This document shows, in pieces, positions 12,075 to 26,189 of a DNA stretch of 64,000 bases (position 1 is the stretch's first letter; each line of letters starts with the position of its first letter). Position numbers and translations under genes: made by a program. A model generated the notes under the pieces. That model was not told the DNA's origin. It saw only the letters and a list, made by a program, of their open reading frames with translations, and searched no databases. Origin of the DNA: Peribolospora baueri (Eukaryota); contig JAMDHS010000004.1 in assembly GCA_029717555.1 (NCBI GenBank), positions 1 to 64,000 of the forward strand, given 5' to 3'.

Positions 12075-13461
12075 ATGGCTGACACGTCCGCCCCAGCCTC
12101 GGCCAACTCGAGGCCTGTGCAGGTCAAGCTCGTGCTATTAGGTCTGTCCCATTCAGACTTTCCTCGGTCTTGAATTGGCCTCCCTTCTGCCGCTCCGCAC
12201 CTTCAGCGCAGCCTTCGACGTCCTTCGCCGCGCTGAAGCGGGGCAGAGGGCCGCTCGTTTGTCGCGTTTGTAGTTTGGTGCCCGTTCGATGCTGACATGT
12301 TCAAATTCCCCCAACCATCGAATGCCTTTCGATTACGTTTCTCTCGTCCATTAGGCGAGGCTGCCGTCGGAAAGTCCTCCGTCGTCCTCCGCTTCGTCAG
12401 CGATGATTTTCAAGAGAACAAGGAGCCCACGATCGGTGAGCTTCTCTTCCCATCCAGCTAGTTCAACGGTCATCCCTGACAGCCGTCTTATCTCGTGTGT
12501 CTCTTTTTTGGACCACCATTGCAGGCGCCGCCTTCTTGACTCAAAAATGCCGCCTCGAGGACAAGGTGATCAAGTTTGAGATCTGGGACACGGCCGGCCA
12601 AGAGCGATTTCACTCGCTCGCCCCCATGTACTACCGCAACGCCCAGGCGAGCGCCGTCATCTACGATGTTACCCGGGGGGTAAGTGCGATTGCAAGTCCG
12701 AGACAGTCTATTGCGAGCCCAGGGGCACTTCGAACGAAATTCTGATTCCCATCGTGTTTCGACTCGTGTCCCTTCCTCTAGAGTTCCTTTGAGAAGGCCA
12801 AGTCTTGGGTCAAAGAGCTCCAACGCCAAGCCAACCCGAACATCGTCATTGCCCTTGTGGGAAACAAGATCGACCTCCTCGGCTCTCCCGGCTCTTCCGA
12901 CTCCGGCAACGGGGCGGGCGCCGCCGAGCAGAGCGCGGAAGAGGACTCCGAGGCGGATGACGCGACTGCCACCCCCCCGGAGGGAGCTGCCGCCGCCGAG
13001 GGCTCCGCCGCCTCGAACAAGGACGACAGTGACAACGCTCCCGGCGCATCTGGGCTGAGGCAGGTGCCAAAGGATGAGGCACAGGCGTACGCTGAGGAGG
13101 CCGGTCTGCTCTTCTTCGAGGCGAGCGCTAAGACCGGCGAGGGCGTCCAGGAGGTGTTCACCGAGATTGGTGAGTTCGAATATTTTCCCCGTCTCGAGCC
13201 AGGGGAGCTTCGCAAGGGTTGGTATGCCGTTCCTCTCAAAGTGGAGATTGACTCGGCGCTCGACCCGCTTTCCCCACCTCGATAGCCAAGAAGATTCCCT
13301 TGGACAGCATTCTGTCTGGCGGCCGCGGTGGCACGACCGGTCGGGGCGCTGCTCGTGCTGGCGCCGGCGCGGGCTCTGGGGCGGCGGGAGGACAGGGTGG
13401 AGAAAGGGTGGATTTGGCCGCTGGTGACCAGGGTGCGAAGAAAGACGGGTGTCAGTGCTGA
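12075..13461 (+). CDS. RAB5: Rab5-family small GTPase (Ypt51/Ypt52/Vps21-like); 5 exons
   Basis: [63 protein letters not shown], and a C-terminal CQC prenylation motif followed by TGA at 13459-13461. Confidence 0.95.
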
Positions 13462-14656
13462 GCCTGTCTTAACAATATTGCTCGTCACCAGCGTCTTTGG
13501 CGACCCGGCTTCGTCGGTCGGGTCGGGACCAAGTCGATCTCGCTCTTGCGCCTTCGTCTCTGCGCCCCGTCGACGTCTCTTCTGATGACCCTCGACCCTC
13601 CCTCCATTTCTTCCATCCCATCGACGGTCCTCTTGTTCGCCCTTCCCCATCGGCCACTGTTATGTCGTGACCTCCCAGCCCCGCCGGCCCCGTTTGTGCT
13701 ACATTGCCTCCCCCACCCTGTCTCGTATGCCGTATCTCTGTCCCCGTCCGTCGTCCTGTTTTTTACGACCTCTTTCATGACTATACTTGTTTTTTCTTCG
13801 GCCGACATGGTGGGTGGCGTTAGTTTCGCCGACCTGGTTGATTGTGCCAATGCGTTGGAAGCGCCCAAGCTAGTGTGTCCTGGACGGCAAGCCCCTCCAC
13901 GCTGCCTCAGTCGACTCGATCGCTCTACGAGGTCGGTCGGTCGATGACGGGCCAGTGTGGTTGGTACCTGCAGGTGGAGGTGTGAGGACGCTCGAAGCTC
14001 CCCTCGCTCCCCTCGAGTCTTACCGGCTCCGGAGCTCCTCCTGAGATGGACGGAGGTGGACGCTCGATTAGACGAGATGGTATCGCGAGCTCGAACCTCC
14101 TCTCCTCTCCTCTCCTCTCTTCTCTCTTTCTCTGCCTTGCTCGTCCGAGTGGCCTCGGAAGGGGACGCGTCAGTCTTCCTTTCCTTCCGCCGTGGCGGTG
14201 GTGCCGACATCGAACCACGTGCGAGGCGCAAGCGACGTGCGAACATAGACCACCATCGTCAGCCGGAGGACCTTTTTATTTTTATTTTTTTTATTTTTTT
14301 TTCCCTCAAGGACGTGACATCAAGGAGAGCAACGACCAAGGAGAGAGACGAGGACGGAGAAGACGGACAGGCGGTCGGGCTGCAACCTCTTTCTCGACGT
14401 ACGTTTCCAGGCACACCACCTCGCCGCCGAGCCCGCACACAGCCCACTTCGTCCTCCGAGCGCTCATTTGTCCTTCCATCCGTTCGTCCTCCCTCGGCCA
14501 TCTGTACCCAGTCAGCACGTCTTCCGCCTCCTACGATCCACCAACGACCTACCACTACCTTCCCGGCCACCTTTCCTCACGCAGTTCGCATCCCCGCGTC
14601 CGTCGACCTGGCCCAGCACCACGAGCTCCGACAGTGGCCGGAGTCGGTCACCTGCG

Positions 14657-17600
14657 ATGCTGTCCGGGGATGACGTCCTTTTCTCAGGTTTGCTCACCGA
14701 CCTAAACGGCGGCGACGGTGAAGGACAAGGCGGAGGGGGATGGGGTGAAGCGGGCGGAGATCATGGCCCGTCGGCGATCGCGTCGCTTTCCGGTTTTGAA
14801 GGCGTCGTTGATGACGGCTTCCTCTCTCTCAACCTGTTGGACTCGGAGCAACCCATCTTCGATATCTTGCCCGGCGAGGCCGTGGAAGAGGAGGAAGGAG
14901 AAGAGATGGACGACGCCGACGACGCCGACGGTCCAGCGGCTATGGCCGCCCCCGCCCAAGGCGGACGCCCAACCGCGATCGTTGCCGTGGCCGAGATGCC
15001 ATTTGGCCAGGGGTCCGGCAGTGCCAACGAGACCTTTTCGTCGTCATCAACAACGTTGACCTTTGGAGGAAGCGGGACCGTCGCGGCGAAAGAACCGCAA
15101 CGCAGGAGGCCGAAAAGGAGGCAGGGTGTCGTGAGTGGGAGCGTCGCCACGTCTCGCTTCTTCTACGACTGCATCCCGCCTTACATGCCATTATCGTCTG
15201 CATCCGTCCGTCACAGGCCTGCGATACTTGTCGGCTGAGGCGCGTCCGGTGCGACCTCACTGAGCGGGAGCCTGGGCTTGGTTGCTCGAGATGCAAGGAC
15301 AAGAACATACGATGTGAGCGAGCGGGCTGCGCGAAGACCTTTGGATCAAAGGCGGAACTTCCGCAGTGGAAGCCGCCGTCGCCTCTTCATTGACCAGTCT
15401 TCGCTCATTTCCTTGTTACCGACGCTCGAAGGTACGGACGAGTACATTCAAATGAAGAAGAAGCCCAAGCGGACGGGCAGGCGGATCGAAGAGGCCAAGG
15501 TCCTCCACGGATCCGGAACGTCTCCTGACGACCTTTGCCTCTTCCGAGCAGAATCCTATCTCTCGCCTGTGGACCCGGTCACGGCCTCGCTCATCAACAC
15601 GACCTTGACTTCGGCCCTCTCTTTGCACCTCATCACTGTCTTCTTTGAGACGGCTCATCACACTCTGCAAGTCCTCCCTGAGCGACAGTTCTTGGAGAGG
15701 TATGCTGGAGTGGGATTCGATGCGAAGAGGCTAGGCAAGCAAGGAGAGGTGCTATGTGCCGTCCTAGAGGCATGGGGAGCCAGGATCAGCGGCTGGTCGG
15801 GCTGCTTTGACTTTGCCTCCCGTGTCGCCTCCTCGTCCACTTCCACCGCCTCTTCCTCCTCCACAGCTTCTGCGAGCGATCCATCTGGCTCGTTTGACTC
15901 TCCCACGAACCTCGCGAACGGCCCCGGTCCGAGCCAGCCGAAAAGGTTGGTCCTCGACCTCGACGTTCATCAGCGGATCGTCGACCCGGGTCGGACGGCA
16001 GATATGTCAAAGTGGGGAGAGGCAAGGGAGGCTTTCGCTGGGTACATGCTCAAGAGAGCCGAGAGGTTGGTCGACGAGACGGCAGTCATGCGGTGAGCTT
16101 CGCCGGTCGGCCGGTCTGGTACCAGGGGGCTTGACGCCGGGTCGATTCTTTCCCTGATGTCTCTTGTCTCTTCGCGTCTGCCTCCACGGGGTTGCAGCAC
16201 GTCATCGCCAGATGGAACCAAAGCGCTTCTAATGCTTGCTCCTTTGTCGCACTGTAAGCCCTAGATCATGCTTCCACTTCGGTACCCCTCTCCTCTCCCC
16301 CGTTCGCTCATTTCAACCACTCCATGCACGTGTATCGCCGGCCAGACACCGATCGCCTGCACCACTCCAGCCGAATCTACTTTGTCACCGCTTTCGAGCA
16401 GCTGCAGATTCAGCAACTGACCAATCGTCTCAGTCTCACTTCAATAGGCCAACAGACCGCCGAGGCGGCTCTGGAGAACGCGCAGCAAAACAGAGTCTTC
16501 TGGTACGCATGGATCTCCGATGCATTGAGTGCCGCGGCTGGGAGGAGACTGCCGAGATTGTGAGTGTCGCGGCCGCTGGCGAGGTCGTCGTTTCGCCCCC
16601 CTTTCATAGCCAGCGCGCGCATCGTGGACAACGATGACTTATAGCTTGCTTTCCGCAGCTTGGAAGACGACATCGTCCACGTAGATGAATTCTTCCCGCT
16701 GGATCGACAGCACTCCAGTTTCCCCACATGGGCGGTCAAGGAGGATGACATCTTCTACAGGCCCGAGCTACCGGAATACGGCAAGCCCAAGTTCCCTTTC
16801 ACTGCCAAGTGGCGAGGACCCGGGTTCAGAGCGCTGCGCTACCTGTCCAAAAACATCTGCGGCGCGCTCTCCCCGGACGGCGCCCTCGCCTACTTCATCC
16901 TCACTCCCATCCAAGTCGGCAGTCTCGCCCGCTTCGTCGCGAGACATATCAGCTCCGGTGTGCCCTCGGCGGGTCTGCCGGGTTCGGGCACCGTGGCTGG
17001 CAAGAACAGAAACTTGAAAGACTTTTCCGAGGCGAGCATAGAGGTGTGGCAGCGGGCCGAGGAGATCTGGAGCGCCTTTGACGTCGCGTTGGATCGGGCT
17101 TCGAGCGTGTTGTACAAATGGAAGCTGCTGCGCCCGCTCGCTTGGAGCTGTGAGTCGTCGTCGCTTTGCCTCCCCCCTCCTTCCCTTCCTCCGGCCAGAG
17201 GAGATGGCCTGGCGCGATGCTGAAGTAGACCCTGCTACATTGTTGTCGCTCTCACCTGTCGTCTCCCTCTGGTGAGCAGTCAACGTCAAGATCGCTCTCA
17301 TGGATATTCACTTCTATATCCACTGGGTTCTGTTCGACGCGTGAGTGGCTCGTCAACTCCATTCTACCACTGAACCTGCCGAACGGCGGCGCTCACTACG
17401 AACCGGATTGCCGTCGGGTCTCGATCTGCGCCTCTCGCCTTTCTTTTCTTTGATCAGATGCGAGTCCACTCGGGTTCGCGAGGAAGAGGTTGCGGCGGGC
17501 GAAAGCGCCTTCATGGAGCTAAGCTCCGGGTCAGGTAAGGATTTTCGGGATGATCCTGAGTTTGACGCGGCCTTTCGCCGCCGTAGCCGCATGCTGATGT

Positions 17601-19254
17601 ACACCCTCTCCCGTCTTGCCGCGCGGGGGCCGGTCTGGCTGCGATAGACCAAAGCTCTCCAGAGTCTAGGGAGACCTGCTCGAATCACGATGGCGGATTA
17701 CGAGACTCTCCAATGGCGAGACTGTACGACGAGAGCTGCCGACGCACGCTCTTGTTTTGCAGGAAGGTGGCGGGCATAATGGAGGAGGTGATTTCTGCGG
17801 TGAGCTTCTGCCATCCCTTCCAGTCCGCCTCGTCTCATGGGTCGGGTTTGCTGACGCCCGTGTCGATCCTGCCCGGCTGCGCTGGATATTAGGACCTTTT
17901 GAAAGAAGGTTGGGGTATGCACCTGGCTATCGCTGCCAACTACCTCTCCCTCACGCCCACCAGAGATTCCGTCCCCGCCGCCCACCTCTCCTCTTATCTT
18001 GAAGCTCCGCCATCTCATCGTTGGCTGTGTCGCGGTGGTGAGGGGACGGAGGACTGGACGTGGGAGAAGAAATGCGAGACAGTCGACCTGTGTCTGCGAG
18101 GGTTGGGTCAGCTGGGATGGACGTGGGGAGCGGTGAAGGAGAACATCGAGGTCGTCGAGAAACAGCTCAGGGAGACTGCACCGAAGGGGCGGGAGTGCAA
18201 GCGGACGTGGGACGTCAACGTGCCGTCCACGACGACGTCGGCGACTCCACAAGACGTGCTGGTCGGTCATCCCCTCGCACCCGGAGGTAACCTGTACGGC
18301 GAGTTCGCGCAACAACACGTCTCGGCCCCGGCTTTCGGAGATTCGGCGGCCGCGTCGGCAGTGGCGACGTCTCAGCCAATCCAAGCCGCGACGGATCACT
18401 TCGTCTCCGGGACGCCCTTCGGTTCTAGCCAGCCCTTCACTTCTATCCAGCTACAACCGCCGCGCACGTCCGCGCTGGCAGTCGACAGCCAGCCTGGCCT
18501 GGCGCAGCCTCCCACTTCGACATCATCGGGCGCCGGGATCGGGAACGGCTTGGGACCGCCGGACGAATCAGCGTCGACGCTGGAGGAACTCTTCTCGCTC
18601 AGCAAGGGCATCTCATTTGGCCCCGGAGCGAGCGCCGCCCCATTCACCTTTGACACGCACCCTCGTCCGCCGTCTGAGAACCCTGTCTCACTAGGCGGCG
18701 TGCCTCAGTCGAACGTCCAGCAACAACACTCCCAGCCCTTGCACGCTACCTTCGCTTTGGGCGCCTTCGACGCCGTTTCCCTGATGGGCGACGCCGGGCC
18801 GAACATGGTTCCGCCATCTCAATCCTCCTCACAGGGTATGACGCTTGCCGCTACCTTCCAGTCGCAAACCATCGCCGGCCCCGGCTTCGGCCCCGGCGAC
18901 GTGACCGGCGACGTGACTGACCTATTCCTCGCTATGACCGGGTCGATGTACCCTCCTGAGACGGTTCCCATGGCGAGAAATCCCGGCAGCGCACCGCAAC
19001 AGTGGCACGGCGCTGGTCCTGGCGCTCTATCGGACTCGTTCCTCAGCCGGGGCGACATGGCCACGGCCGGCACGGCGGGCTTTGACAATATGGCAGAGCC
19101 GAACGCGATGTTCTCGGCCGGCTCGGCGGGCGCTCCGCTGTCGTCGTCAACCTCGTCCTCATCGATACCCTCCTCTACCGCAACGCCTTCGCATAACCCT
19201 TTTCCCGGCCTGCTGAGTCATGACATTGTGAAACTGCTGTATGACTCTTTCTGA
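14657..19254 (+). CDS. Zn(II)2Cys6 fungal transcription factor; multi-exon
   Basis: Exon at about 15217-15313 encodes ACDTCRLRRVRCDLTEREPGLGCSRCKDKNIRC (six-Cys binuclear cluster; the last Cys is split by an intron), followed by a middle-homology-like region (RVFWYAWISDALSAAAGRRLP) and a low-complexity tail. Confidence 0.9.
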
Positions 19255-20337
19255 ACGCTCGGTTCGGGATTCTCCCAACCCCCACTTTTTATTACGATGC
19301 ATGGCTCAATCACTCCGTTCCCGTCACCGGTCCTTTTGTACTTGCTTGTAGGTTCGTGTATGGCGAGGCACGTCCCATCCTTTAATTGCCATCGCAAAAT
19401 CTCGCCACCGCTGTCGGATGGAGCAGGTGTGCGTAGTAGCGTATGTACGAATACGGGATCGTATTGTATTTGTGTTTTTTTTTCCTTCCCCCTCGATTCG
19501 CCCAGCGTCACCGTCCATCGCCCGTTTCGTCTCTCCTTTTCGTATTCGTAGATACCAGCCTCGCGCTCGGGCTCGAGGCTTTAATCAGCTATACCATGTG
19601 CGTGTCGATTCTTGCGTCTTTCCGCATGAGCCGAACTACGCGAGGTGAACAGAAAGCCATCGCAGTCCGCCCTTTTTTTTCCATTTCAACACTCAATTGG
19701 GCCGCTCGAGAGGCCTCTCGGCTTCTGCGGACGAGAGCGAGATGGAAGAAGGGCACGGCATATTGAATCGCGTTGGTACAAGTTGGGCATCCAAGGCGAG
19801 GCGAGCGAAACGAGCGCGCGGACGGTTGAAGCGGAGCGGAGGAGGCGGGCAGGAAGGATGAGGAGAGAAGAGATGGCAAGAAAGCCGAGCGCCAAGAGCG
19901 GGGCATCGTGACAAGGAGAACTCCCAAGACTAAGGATCAAGGAGACGACAGAACAGACCGGACGGTGACGAGGGAGACCGGGGAAGAGCAAGCACGGGTG
20001 AACGTCGTGTCCCAGGGAAATGGAGGGCCGCGAGAGAACGGCGAGTGACCGCGAAACCAGGAAATAAGCAAGCACACGCGAAAGGAGGAAATAATAAAGA
20101 AGAGCAGTCAAAGACGGCTCCGTGCACGACCCGTGTTCCACATACTGTTCCTGCTCGGAGCGTCCAAGGAAGGATGGAAAGAGGGGTGCATGTGCTGGTT
20201 TGTCGTCTCATCTCAACCGAGCGAGGCGAGCATGATGGACGGATGGGGATGGCGAGATGGTCTGTGCACGGGAGCAGGCGACGACCACAGTAACGCAGGG
20301 AAGCGAGTCCAATCGAGCCAAGCCGGCCGGGCCAGCG

Positions 20338-21355
20338 CTACGCATCCTCATCGCTACTTAGCGCCTCCACAAACTTGCTCCCCGCCACGCCCTCGCTTCT
20401 CTTTCTCGCCACCGCCGCGCCCGCCGTGGTGGCCGTCTGGGCGGTGGAGGGGACGGAGGGTCGGGAGACGACGTCCCGAGTCGTCGCCGACTCTCCTTCC
20501 GCCGAGGAAGACGAGACGGCCTGGAAGCGTCCATTGTCGTGCATTACCCCCGCGCCGAAGGCGCTCTCCTCATTGTCCACCTCCTTCTCCTCCGGGATGG
20601 GTTGAAAGACCTCCTTCTCCTTGCCCTTGTCGCGCTCTCGCTTCCTCTCCACGGCCACTGCTGCTGCCGCGCGGACCCTGTCAGCTCTCGCAGGCGTAGT
20701 GGCGTCGTCTCCACCCTTCTCCTCCTCTCTCGTCGTAGCAGCATTGGACCTGCCGACGGACAAGGACGCAGAGTGAAGGCTGGCCTTGCTTTTCAGACTG
20801 CCAAAGGCCTCCCCTGCCTTGCTCGACGAGGCCGCCGGTGCTCTTCCAGCTCGTCGACCGCGACACGGACACGCTGCCCTTGCCATCCCACACCTTCTCC
20901 GACCGTCCATTGAGGTTGGTGTTGACGATGGGTCTGCCGGTGAATGGACGGTATCGGAGGAGGGACCATGTGAGGAAGCCTACGAGGAGGAGGAAGGCGA
21001 CAAAGAGGGGGATGATGAGAAGGAGAAGCAAGGGAGAGATGGACCTGGCGCTGGAGGCCAGGTGTGGAGAGGCCGGGGAGGACGCGGCGAGAGCGCCGAC
21101 GTCGATGGTGGTCGAATCAGACAGAAGTAAGGAGGACTGGGAGCTGGCGAGCGTAGACGCGGACTATCGGGCCAGTCATTTAGTGAGCAGAAGGGAGGAG
21201 CAGATCTCGTCAGTAAGTCTTGCGCGAACCCAGCAAGCTGCAGAAGGAGGTATGATGTCGCCATCACTCACGTTGCCCACCTCACTCACTCGACTTTCCG
21301 CGTCGGCTCTTCTGATGACCAGGCCGATGCATGACCTAACATCGAGGGAGAGCAT
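20338..21355 (-). CDS. Hypothetical single-pass membrane protein with an apparent frameshift near 20812
   Basis: Hydrophobic helix LLLLIIPLFVAFLLLVGFLTWSLL followed by RYR. The protein-like tail (EAFGSLKSKASLHS...GSKFVEALSSDEDA) continues in a different frame. Confidence 0.45.
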
Positions 21356-23095
21356 GCAGAGCGAGACGATGCTCGCGGTGGTCACCGCCGACGTTCTTGG
21401 GCCTTTGCGTAGTGGGGGCGACCAGGAGAACTGCAATGAGGCGTCACGAGGCGGTTGAGCGCCGACGTTCCCTCTTAGCCCACTTTCACCGTCTCGAAGC
21501 AGCGAAGTTGGCGTATAAAAGCATGTGTGGACGACTTCGATGTCGAAGTGTGGTTCAGGGAGAAGGGAAGCACCCAAGGTCGGAAGGCGATCTCCTCGTC
21601 GTCGTCGCCTCGTCGCCCCGGGTGGAGTGGAGTGCGTTGCGAAGAAAACCATGCTCCGGTCCTTCCTCCCCTCCGTGAGCTCCCGCGGACAGTGGGTAAC
21701 GATTCGCTGCCTGACGGCGCTTTCTGACGATAAACGAAGGCGGAAGCGGGTATGGAGACGCCCTGCCAGAGCAGCGAGTCAACAGGTCGGTGACGGCTAT
21801 ACGGCTAGATTCGGTGGATATCGGTCGCTCAGCACCAAGGTTTGGGTCCTGCGTGTCCTTGTACTTTTACTCGAGAGCCGTTTTCCTCTCCTAGGCCTGG
21901 GGGGCGGTGGTCGTGGTGGGATGACGGGGAGAATGGAAGAGGTAGAGGAAGCGGACATGTAGTGAACGGCAAGGACGGCCGAATGGCTGTCTCCATAAAG
22001 CAAAGGCTGTCGGAAGAGAAAGGTGAGGGCGGGAAAGGAAGGCAGAGCAGAAGAGCGAACGAAGAGCGCGGAGAGACAAAGAAAGACACGGGACACGGCG
22101 GCTTGGCCCGAGATCGCCGCCAAAGCGGGGCGAGAAGCGTAGGGAGAAGGCGAGGACGAAGGAGAGCGTCGGCGGGGGGCGCCGGAATGAGATGGCGAGA
22201 GGTGGACGGACGGCGAAGGGGTCGGGAGCGGGAGAAGGGGATGGATGGTGATGGTGCGAGGGACGAGGCCAGTATCGGGCACGACGTGATTACGTCATTT
22301 CGCCATCATCGATCTTCCCACTCCGCTTTCCGCGTTCCCGTTGATGGTTGCGGCGAAGGGTACGGCCATGTGAGTATATAAAAACAGATGGATAGATAGA
22401 TGGACGGCGGCGTCGCCGGTGGGCGAGTCCTACTTGCTGCTCATCCCTTCCCGTCCCATCCCAACCCCTGGGCCCCAAGCTAATTAATCCCTCTCGCACG
22501 GACGGCGCCGGACCTAGATTGTTCATTGTTGTCTGGTTGTGAAACCTCCAGGCGGATGACGAGCGTCAGCATTCGAGCGCCGGCAATCCATAAGTACATC
22601 CATGGTGCGGCTGCAACTAAGTACACCGTGTGAGAGGATGATCAGAGGACGGAGAGGGGAGGGGTAGTCGCTGACCATTAGCCGACCTCGGAGCAGTGCA
22701 AGAAGTATTAGAGCTTGAGCACTGACCAAGCACTGTTCACAGCGCGCAGTGAAGAAACCCATCGACAAGGTATCATTCGAATCCAAAGATGACGCACAAA
22801 CAAAACAAAAAGTCCAAAACGGGAAGGAACAACCTTGTCCGCCGCCGTCACACCCCTTCGTTCCCTTTTTCTTTCTTCCTTTTCAGTTATCGTCGTCCTC
22901 GAGGATCAACGGCACCCAATTTTCCCTGCAAAATGCTGGCCAATCGAGGCCCCAGTCGACGCCCTGGAATGTGAGGGAAAATGGGCAAAAGGAACAAGAA
23001 ATAAAAGGCCGTCAGTGGGCTGGTTTTCGTTCAAGACAGCTCGCCACCCAACCATTCTTCTGCGGTCGGATCTTTCCCTCGCTTGACCCGCCGGT

Positions 23096-24822
23096 CAGTT
23101 CTCGACATGACCCCGGCCGATGGAACGCCGGCGGACGGGGGAGGAACCCATGTCGCCGTGCCCTCCTTCCTTCCTCCTTCACCCACTCCCTACGCTACGG
23201 GACTCGCCAGAACACAAGGGAAGGACGAGACGATGACGGCAAGGACCAACTCACCTCGAACTCCGGCGTTGGGATGATCCGCTGGGCCGTCTCTCCGGAC
23301 GCGTTCGGGACGTGTCTGGGAGAAGGAGGGGAGAGAGGGAGAGAGGGAAGGATGGACGAGGATAGGCGGAGTAGAAAGGGCAAAACGGAAGGTGGGCGAG
23401 TGAGCAAAGGCAGATAGATACGAAGTGGGGAGGTGGGAGAGGGAGATGGGTAGAGACCAGCGACGTACCTCCAAATGCCTAGCCAATGCGCGCCCACCTC
23501 CTCGGGATTGTCGTTCAATTGGTACTTCACCTCCCTCACCCTCCCGCCCCTCTCCTCCAATGCCCCGCTCTCCTCCTCTGCCTTCCTCACCTCCTCCTTG
23601 AGCGCATCCAACATCTCTCCCCAAGTGATGTTGGACGAGATGTCCGCCACGCCCCACCAGACGTTCGACGGATCCGAGGGCGTAGGGTAAGAGTACGTGC
23701 GGCCGGGGATGGGCTTGAAGAGCGGTAGCGTGGTCGGGTAGAAGTGAAAGTTGAAACACCCCAGCACGGTCTGGCCCCACGATCCACCAAGGTGGTTCAC
23801 AGGTACTGTTGGCCGAGGTCAAGCAAGCAGAGACCAGGGAGGAGGCAACAGATCGATAGAACGTCTCGTCCGTCAGCGGGTCGCTCGGACGGACGAGGAA
23901 GCCTGCATGCCACCAACATTCCAGCCCGTCACCCCTCTCCCTTGTTCCTCCGAACTCTCCCCTACCGAAACTCACCGTGCGAATTGAGCTCATAAGCAGG
24001 TGTCTTGACGAGGATGTCCCCCTCGTCATCGATCTTGGTAAGAAAGCTTCCGGCGAAAATTTCCATGGGGACGGAGGTGCTGTGGAACATGCCCTGGAGA
24101 CCGAGCGACAGCAGGTGTTCATCCACCTGTACCGGAAAGGCGGGGGCGGCGTGGAATCGATGGGAGGGATGCAAATTGAACGAGCAAACGCTTCATTTTC
24201 ATCCACCGCTTAACTCGTCCGTGTCGATCTCTCTCGTCCCCCAACTCTTACCGCCGGATTCCAGCCACCGAAAGTGTGAGGGCCAAACTTGTCAATGCTG
24301 TCTTTGAACTTGCCCTCCCTCAACCAGGTGTCGCACACCACCCACCGCACGTCCTCCTCCTTGCACACGTCCGCCACGAGCTTGCCCCTTCTCGCGTACT
24401 CCTCCGTGTCGCTCACGATCGGTATCATGTGCAGATACACCCCGTCGGCGCCCCGGATGGCGGCAGTGACGGAGTCCTTGGACCCGTAGTCGACGCTGAC
24501 GAGGCTAACAGAAGGGAGCTCGGAGATGTGCCGGGCGTAGCCACGGAGGTTGCGCAGCGTCGCCGCGCCAACGAGCGCTCGGACTTTGTAGAGGCCTGAC
24601 GCTGAGAGGGACTCGACGACACGCAGACCTGGTCGGGGTCCGGATGGCGGGGGAGGAAAGGGAGCAAGCAGGACGAGGGACGCGTCGCGTCACGAAGGTG
24701 TCAGCAAGCGTATAGTTCGCACGGGACTACGCCGGACACCTCACCGCCGTTCCACGAGACTCACCGGCGGTGAGCGTCGTCGGCTCCATCACGACGATGT
24801 CATACCGCTTCTTTTCCGCCAT
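23096..24822 (-). CDS. Divergent NmrA-like (atypical SDR/Rossmann-fold) protein; multi-exon, 3' end approximate
   Basis: Spliced translation MAEKKRYDIVVMEPTTLTA|GLRVVESLSASGLYKVRALV...VSVDYGSKDSVTAAIRGADGVYL...RRGKLVADVCKEEDVRWVV matches the NmrA pattern (vVxxL..YkVRAl; Dy...sl..Al.GadgVf; Gk.l.daa...gV). Confidence 0.65.
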
Positions 24823-25739
24823 GACGGAGTGAGGGCGAGGTATGGGCGCGTGGTATGGGTGTGGGTGCAGGTGCGTGTGTGGGAGTGGGAGGCAGATGAA
24901 GGATCAGGCGCGGGACGGTCAGGCAAGCACGGCCGCTGGATAGGGTACGGGAGATGGAGCGTGCAGACAAAGTGACGCCCTCCTTCCTCCGTCGGCGACC
25001 AAACCGCTGTGACACCGAGTCCTAGGTGGAGATGAAGCTGAGCGAGCCAGAGGATCAGGTCAAGTGAGACGCAGGACGAGCTACCGTGGCTGGGGTTGGG
25101 GAGCTGACAGGGGAGTCGCTCGCTAGCTATTGAGACGAAGATGAGGTCAAGCAAACAGGTCGGCGACGGGACAACGCAAACAACGGACGAAGAGACCCGC
25201 ATGAGCCGCGCGGACGCAAACAAGGCGTCCTATCCGAGAGAAGGGTTGAGCAATAGAGCGGGGTCAGGCCGTGCTGCACACTAGGAAGTGGGCTTGCTTG
25301 CCTGCCTAGACGGCTGCGTGGTGGGCCACTAACGACCCCACAGCCAATGCGGTCGGGCCGCACGAGGCGGAAGGCGTCGATGGGACGGAGGAGGGTGTTG
25401 CCGAGACCAGGCACTTAGGAACCCGGGACGGCAGTTGGGAGCGACTCTTTTCATCTGGCGATGACAAGTAAGCGTCCGTTACGGATGGAAGGGTATTATT
25501 GGCCCAACGAGGGCTGGAGAAGCTACGTGGCGGCGAGACGAGACGGAGAGTTCCGCGTCGGAAGTCACTGAACTGCGTTACCTCGGCTGGTCGCGTTCCA
25601 TAGCTGCTGGCCGCAGCAACTGCGGCAGTCCGCTTGCTTGCTTGCTTGTGCGAGCCTGACCGACGGATGACGGAGGTAGATGGCGACGCTGAAGGCGAAG
25701 ATGCTTCTAGGGGAACGTTAGCCATCTGTCCTCGCCCTG

Positions 25740-26045
25740 GTGAACAAGCAGGCCACGTCCCCCACGCAAACGTGGTCGCCCAGTCCACTTGCGGCCGACC
25801 CGAGGGAGTGGCATGGGATGTCGTCGCCCGCCAGCATTCGTCCGCCGAGCCGAGCCTACGGTAGCTCGGTCCATGAGGTATGTGACCAACATCTTTAGTC
25901 TGTTAGTTGCAGCGCACATTGGCATTGGCTGGGCGACGCCAGACAGAGGGAGGCGAGATGCAGCAGCGCCAATTTGTCTGTCGCAGTTATTGGGGCGGAT
26001 CAGCAAGGATGTAAAATCTCCCACTTCTTCTGGACTCATGCACAA
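25740..26045 (-). mobile_element. Possible decayed pogo/Fot1-type (CENP-B HTH) transposase fragment
   Basis: MSPEEV...RLKMLVTYLMDRAT...PRVGRKWTGR loosely resembles the LSPEEE...L..MA..L...VGKNW..RF pattern. Weak match. Confidence 0.25.
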
Positions 26046-26189
26046 GGGAAAAAAGGGATAAGAAGACGGCATGGCAAAGTCGATTAAAAGCCCGAGCCCG
26101 GGCGCGAGCCTGGCATCTACGAATACGGAGGGAGGTGAAATACAACTCTTCTGCCTTTGAGGGAACCGGAGGCGGCCATCCTCAAGAAA

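Noticed and set aside
12880..13055. Long acidic/Ala-rich insertion in the Rab5 GTPase after NKxD
   Set aside because: Variable insertions at this loop are known in fungal Ypt5/Ypt52-type Rabs, so this is not novel.
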